Assembly: GCF_006345805.1 (NCBI RefSeq)
Contig: NC_043016.1
Location: 16,430,001 to 16,494,000 of the forward strand
Length of the DNA: 64,000 nucleotides
DNA from: Octopus sinensis
Taxonomy: Eukaryota
Reading direction: 5' to 3'
Within the stretch, counting starts at the first letter, position 1, and every line of letters starts with the position of its first letter. Both the position numbers and the translations under genes were made by a program. This document shows, piece by piece, positions 57,365 through 64,000 of the stretch. Below the pieces are notes generated by a model that ran no database searches, was not told where the DNA came from, and was given only the letters and a program-made list of their open reading frames with translations.

Positions 57365-59787
57365 TTTATTCATAAAATTGGCCATGAAAGCCGTACACAG
57401 ATGAGTAGCTGCGGGCTGAACAAAAACATTAAGGAGATGAGGATGATAATGATGAACAAAAATGGGAGGGGAACCGGCCCCCGCCGACCGATAACCTCTC
57501 GAAATCATTGTTCTTTTATTCAATTTTACACAAAAAAATCACAATAATTACAAAATTTTTTTTAATCTTCCTCTTTCTCATCCGAGCCCCTGCATAAGTT
57601 CCCTGCCGCCTGCAGGAAAGCCTGCATCGGCAGGTCGGAGTCCGGAAGAAAAGCAAATTCTTCTTTTCCAGTGGTCACCAAGACCTCAAAAAGTTCTTTT
57701 TGTGTTATGACCTCCGCAGCCACCTGCGGAGGCCAACTTGGACAGTCAATGCAGACCGAGTGGTAACGTTGTCGGTCGAGAAGCCTGTTCAAGAATCCCT
57801 CGACAGCCCCTCCCTTGGGATAGAAAATTACGGGTTCTACCTCTTCCTCGCGGGGAGGGGCCTCAGCCTTCTCTGTCAGTGGCACAATTTCCACTGACGG
57901 AGTCTTTTCTGCCGGTGGCACACATCCCACCTGCAGATCATTGGGATCTGTCGGCGGCACATCAACCTCCGCCGACCGTATCCCATTTTTTCTTTTTCTT
58001 CTTTTGTTTCTCTTCTTTGGGCTTGCGGTAGTCAGGGCCTCTATCGGTTTATCCGTGTGGTTTGCCTCCTCTCTCGCAACCTGTATGTCTTTTGGTGAGC
58101 AACCATTGTCACTCACCTTTCTTTTCCTTTTCTGGGAGGCAACCGCCTCCACTACTTCCTCCGTTTCCTCCTCCAATTGGATGGGGACGGAGGGCACTTT
58201 TTCTTTTTTTTCTCTGCGCCAGGGCCTTACCTCGGCCCTGGGGGCAGTTCTTTTCGATGTGACCTGGTTCCAGGCACAAGTGACACTTGGTGGGCGGGGG
58301 GGTCGACCCTCAAGAATCACTGGATACCTGGCCCCGGCCATTACCAAGAAATCAGGGAATACTAGGCCTCCGGCCGACTGGGTCCAAAGGGTCATAACTG
58401 CTTTTGACACTGTCCAATCGGTCGCTGACTCCACCCTGACACTGAGGAGCTTGGTTCCGCTCCCGCTAAGACCTCTACGAATGGTCTGTTCTATCCATTC
58501 AGACCGAATTCAGGGCGGCAGTCAACATACCCAACCCCGCGTTATTTTCTTTCCACAATATGTGGGAAGGAACAAAATCTCATCCCCTTCTAGGGGTTGA
58601 ATTGCCGCAGTGCAAGCTATCTCAGGGGTGTCAAATACCAACCACAACGTTGCATACTTGACACCCCTGGACACAAAGTAATTTTTTGCTGGCAAACATT
58701 TTGCCAGCTCTTTATCAATGATACTCTTGTCGAAGGGGGCGATGGCGTCACGCGACCTAGAATAGGTTCGTTGTACCATCGTCCTCCTCTCAAGGTTTTC
58801 AAGCCACTGCTTGGGTGGGACAATCTCCCACTCCAAAGCGGTGGCCTTATTTTCCTTCATATTAAAATGTCCACATGAAATAAACAACAAACAAAAATTC
58901 TAAATACTGGAAAAATAGAGAAAACTGTTCAATAAAGGGGGAAGAAATGAAAAATTGTTCAATCTTCGGAGGCAAAGACACTCCCCCACCAAACAGCAGT
59001 TCTCACAATTATTTTTTAATCTCTTCTTCAAATGCATAGTTTTCGAAACCTCTTAGTTGGTTTGAGAACAACAATAATTCTTCTTCAATTTTTCTCCACT
59101 GTAGAAAGACAACAATTTACATCAAAAAATTCCGGTTTGCTTCTCGGGATGTTCAAACAAGTTCACCGGCAACAAGCCACACACACTTTGCTTGCAAAAC
59201 AAGCAACAAATTCACCGCCAAGAGTAAGCGAAAATGTCCCCAGAGCAGGGCAGAATATACTGTAATAAAAATAAGATAATAATTCTACCCAACTCCGAAA
59301 AAACAAAATCGCTCACCCTGACGTCAACCAGCTATACGTCTTCAATAAAGGCTGAAGAAAATTGTTCAATCTTCGGAGGCAAAGACACTCCCCCACACAG
59401 TAGTTCTCACAATTATTTTTAAAATCTTCAAAAATGAACAAATTTTTAGTGGGCACGATACTCCTCCAAGCAACAATTCTCATAATTAAGTGAGAAAAAT
59501 AGTCACTCAACATAAACCGCTAACTAGGAAGACGAACGCCCCCAAACAAAAGTTCTCACAATTAAACGAGAAAAAATATTCGCTCCATTCAGGCAGAACC
59601 AGAATTCTGAATCCAGTAGGATTTCCTGCCTGTACAAAAAATTCTCAACAAAAATTCCCACTGGACCCAAAAAAACAGAATCTTACCTTACAATGGAGCT
59701 TCAAATTTTTTCAATTCGAGACGGCTTCAAAAGCATGTCTCACCGTTTCAGTGCCAAACACAACACTGACTCGCACATGCGCAATGA
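57365..59787 (-). mobile_element. ORF1-only (gag-like) non-autonomous Tx1-like element with 15-bp TSD
   Basis: Direct repeat GGTAAGCAAGCTACT at 57350-57364 and 59788-59802. Frameshifted ORF1 at about 57562-58860 with a CHLCLEPGHIEKNC zinc knuckle; AATAAA at the 3' end; no ORF2. Confidence 0.8.
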
Positions 59788-60050
59788 GGTAAGCAAGCTA
59801 CTTTATTTTATTAAATTTGCCATAAAGGCAATACACAGAGGGGACACTACAACACATGTGGGGACATATAACAACTAAAAGATAAAATATGATATAATGA
59901 ATGCACATGAAGAACAAATTAAAATTTGAAAATATGAATGATATCTGAAAATGATATTATGAAGAGTGCGCTTCCCTTGTGTTTAAATGTACACTATTGT
60001 ATATTGAGTGTGTGTTTTGTGTGTGTGTGTGTGTGCGTGTGCGCGTGTAT

Positions 60051-60112
<62 letters not shown>

Positions 60113-60227
60113 TATATATATATACATATGTATACACACACAGAGATATATCTGTATTTATACCTATTTCTATCTATCTATACACACGTACACACACAAA
60201 CACCACACACATACATATAGTATATAT

Positions 60228-60289
<62 letters not shown>

Positions 60290-60491
60290 GTAAAATATGA
60301 AAAATCAACGAAAACGCATATTGCAAATAGAAAAAGGCTATTTATGACAGGTAGTGACAAATATATACATTTAGATTGACTGAGGTAGTAATACGAGTCA
60401 TAAAAGTCATTATTATGAGATGATTATAAGATGATAATAAAGTAAGAGAATAAAACGAACCAGTAGTTTACGCAACGCTATTCATCGTTTA

Positions 60492-60524
<33 letters not shown>

Positions 60525-60800
60525 CGAGGGTGAGTCAAAAAGTAATGCCATTTGGTTTAGGACAGGTGTAATTGCCAACACAGGAACAAGTATCATACAT
60601 CAAAATGAAGCTGGTCCTCTGTGGATCACATCCCTACTTCTCAATATAGTCACCGTTTCTCTCAATAGCAATGTTCAACCTTCGAATGCGAGCATGTATC
60701 CCTGCCTGGTAAAATTCCGTTGACTGTTCTTTGATCCACTTCTTCGCTACAGTTTTTGCTTTCTCGTCATTGGAATAATTTAGTGCCTTCAGACTATCAT
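60525..60800 (-). mobile_element. Mariner 3' fragment with TIR
   Basis: tacgagggtgagtcaaaaagtaat TIR; homologous to 19990-20278. Confidence 0.8.
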
Positions 60801-60825
60801 CTCTTTGGCCCCTCGAAGCCCGTCG

Positions 60826-60865
<40 letters not shown>

Positions 60866-61129
60866 AATATATATATATATATTATATATATATATATATT
60901 AATATATATATATATATATCCCTATATATGATGTTTGCTTAATTCCATAGTGAATTGGATGTTGGGATGTATGTTGTTTAGTATGGTTTTGAATTCCAGG
61001 AGTTTTTCATAAGGTTCTTTCCATATGATGATACCATCATCCAAATACCTTTTCCAGTTTTCCTTTAGGTAGGTGTGGAAACTTGTCCAAATTTCTGGTG
61101 TGATATTTCATGATATATTTCGTGATATC

Positions 61130-62975
61130 AAATATCACGCCAGAAATTTGGACAAGTTTTCCACACCTACCTAAAGGAAAACTGGAAAAGGTATTTGGAT
61201 GATTGTATCATCATATGGAAAGACCTTATGAAAAACTCCTGGAATTCAAAACCATACTAAACAACATACATCCCAACATCCAATTCACTATGGAATTAAG
61301 CAAACATCATCTACCATTCCTTGATCTCCTAATTATAAAAACACCTAAGAACCAAATCATAACAGACATCTACCACAAACCCACAGACTCACAACAATAC
61401 CTCCTCTTTAGTTCATGCCACCCAAAACACACCAAGACAAATATCCCTTTCAATTTGGCTAAAAGGGTATGCACCATTGTCTCGGATCCAAAAACACGAG
61501 AAATACGCCTTCAGACCTCAAAAAAACACTATTACAACGCCAATATCCCTCCACCCTTATAGAGCATGGAATAAAACGCGCCAAAGAACTAGATAACATT
61601 ACACTGAAAACTACCCACCTAACACCACACACAACCTCAAAATACTTCCATACATTTCCACCCACACCCCAAAAATATCGAAGCATACACCACAATCATA
61701 CAAAACCTCAGTCTACTGTCAACAGACCCAAAAATGAAAAACATTATAAATACACACAAAATCCTCAAATGTAAAAGGCAACACAAATCTTTAAAAAAAC
61801 TCTTGACAAATGCCAAACTTCACACACCACATCCACCCCCAATAGTAAAAAAAATGTGCACGCCCAAACTGTGGGACATGCCCCCTCCTACTTGAAGGCT
61901 CTGAATTTACCTTCAAACAAGGTACGAAGTTTAAAATCAAGACTAACTTCTCCTGTTCCTCCGAGAACCTTATCTACGTTCTCACATGCGCTGGTTGCCA
62001 ACATAATTATGTTGGACAAACGAGTCTCCCGTTACGTAAACGAGTAACGGTGCATAAAGAACAAATAAATCTCCCGGAATACCGACAAATTCCACTGAGT
62101 GACCACTTAGACTCATGTGCTAAAGACTTAAACCCCAAATTCTATATATTCCCCTTCTACCAATGTAAAGACGGCATCACCACACAGGAGAGAATTAACA
62201 AGGAGAATCTCTTTATTGAAAAATTCCAAACACAACTTAATATACAAACTCCTCGTTGATCAAACTTCCCTTTTCTACCTAACTCTTCATGGATGGACTA
62301 ACACAAATATATAAGGATACCATGCATTCATCACTTCAAGCTAAAACTTATATTCTTTAAATATCATTTTTACTATTGTTGTTATTACCATCATCTTTAT
62401 TATTTATGATATAACAATCTGAAATGCAATTATCTATGCAAATTTATATAATTAGAAAATAATATAAATAAAGTGTTAAAATCTGAAAGTTAAATTAACA
62501 AATAATTATATAAAAAAGATAATGCAAATGAAGCTAAAATGACAATTTTATAATTTGGGGTTTATCAGCAGCTTTTATTGAAGAACTCAAAAGAGTTGTC
62601 TCCCCTTATTCACAACACACACAGAAACTGAAGAACCACAATTACTACTACTTCCTGTTTTGCCAACATCCTAAATTAAACCAAACACCACATGGCCTTA
62701 ATCCCTTTGGATCCTAATACCTCAAGGTAATTTTTTTCGCGAACAATCATTAAACTCAAGATACACAACGAACTCAAAATGTATCGGAGTACTTATTTTT
62801 TAATTTTTATACATATTTATTATTATTCTTTTGGCAAAAAACAATGCAACTGTTTTCCCCTTTCTCATTTTTAAAAAACCTTTTCACCTAACTATTCTTG
62901 ATAAGTCAAACTATGACGAAACCGGTTGAATAAATATATATTTTAATATATTTTTTATTTTCTCATTCATAAAAA
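61130..62975 (+). mobile_element. Penelope-like element (RT C-half, GIY-YIG endonuclease, 3' pLTR)
   Basis: WKRYLDDCIIIW...LPFLDL...YHKPTDSQQYL..SCHPKH; SCSSENLIYVLTCAGC...YVGQT...RVTVHK. Hammerhead-like motif at the 3' end. Confidence 0.92.
62893..62932 (+). ncRNA. Minimal hammerhead-like motif with U3-A8 core in the PLE pLTR
   Basis: tattc-TTGATAA-gtca aacta tgac-GAAA-ccg-GTT-gaata; perfect stems I and II, palindromic ACCGGT. Confidence 0.7.
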
Positions 62976-63075
62976 TTTTCTTTCAATCGAGCATTCTGCA
63001 TTTTTTACAATTTTTCCTTGCTTATATATAATATATATAATATATATACGAGAAAGAAGCAACAAGATGGATTGG

Positions 63076-63157
<82 letters not shown>

Positions 63158-64000
63158 CACACACTATATATATATCAAAAGGCTTTGGTCGGTCCGAAGC
63201 TATAGTAGAAGATACTTGATCAAGGTGCCACGCAGTGGGACTGAACTCGGAACCATGTGGTTGCTAAGCAAGCTACTTACCACACAGCCACTCCTGCATC
63301 TATATATATATATATTTAGAAGATAAGGGCAGAAGAAATATTCTAATGCCAAATATGTCGAAACAAAAAATTGTCGATAACCATTATAATTTATGCGTCT
63401 CGAAACAAACCGATAGAAATCTCTAAAAAATTCGTTATTACCGTATTGGTCCAATTTCGGGGTTAATTCATAAGAAATTTTCCCCTCTTCAGCGGCAAAT
63501 ACCCGAGATATAAATCAAATACTTACTCGTACCCACGGAAAAAGCAAGCACCAAGTCCCGAGCAGACTTAAGTACCCCAAATATATCCAAATAGAAAAAT
63601 CTTCGGCGCACCTCAAGACACGTGTGATTCGAACTAGAAACTTTCACAGAGTGATGGATTTTTCCTTTATTACCCATAAAGGGCTACATAGAATGGACAG
63701 TACAAACATTGGGGACACAAAACATCACAATTACATAAATATGGGTAAATGAATTACGAAAATGGTAGATGAAAGTGATGCTAACGGCCCCATTCCGCTA
63801 GCATCACTTACCTGTCCTTTGTGACTTGTCATCCGATATCATACCCAATGTAAAACCCTTCGCTCTCTATTTTTCTCCTGAATTTCTCTTCCAACTCCTT
63901 CACTATCTCATCCTTTACTTTCACCTTACTCACTTCCAAGTCTTCATTTTCACATCTCTCCATAAGCTCATCCATCTGTTCCTTTGGAACCTCTGCATAT

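Noticed and set aside
63775-63808. Hairpin gtgatgctaacgg...ccgctagcatcac
   Set aside because: An isolated short stem-loop with no supporting context or recognisable RNA family.

Overview
This is eukaryotic, repeat-saturated DNA. The SINE families and extreme microsatellite density suggest a coleoid cephalopod, probably Octopus (inference). One host gene is visible on the minus strand: a multi-vWA-domain extracellular-matrix-like protein. Four phase-1/phase-1 exons splice in frame: vWA1 37487-38059, a Thr/Pro-rich mucin-like linker 22239-22433, vWA2 20992-21564 and vWA3 8526-9080. Its 5' and 3' ends are not confidently located. The rest is mostly decayed mobile DNA: Tx1/L1-like LINEs, R4/Dong-like LINE fragments, Penelope-like elements (PLEs), piggyBac, Tc1/mariner fragments and MITEs, an LTR gag remnant, several tRNA-derived SINE families, interstitial telomere-like repeats, and a 100-N gap at 49794-49893. 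Four signals stand out beyond the ORF track. (1) About 14 type-I hammerhead-ribozyme-like motifs with palindromic stem III, some apparently intact, three with the compensatory U3-A8 core, many inside foldback elements. (2) A 2.4-kb ORF1-only Tx1-like element inserted with a 15-bp TSD into the tRNA-like head of a SINE, with a second related 3' end at the same site. (3) A Tx1-like family whose six copies all abut (GATA)n. (4) A satellite built from the 3' end of a mariner transposase. All calls were made by eye; no searches or folding computations were run, and repeat boundaries are approximate.
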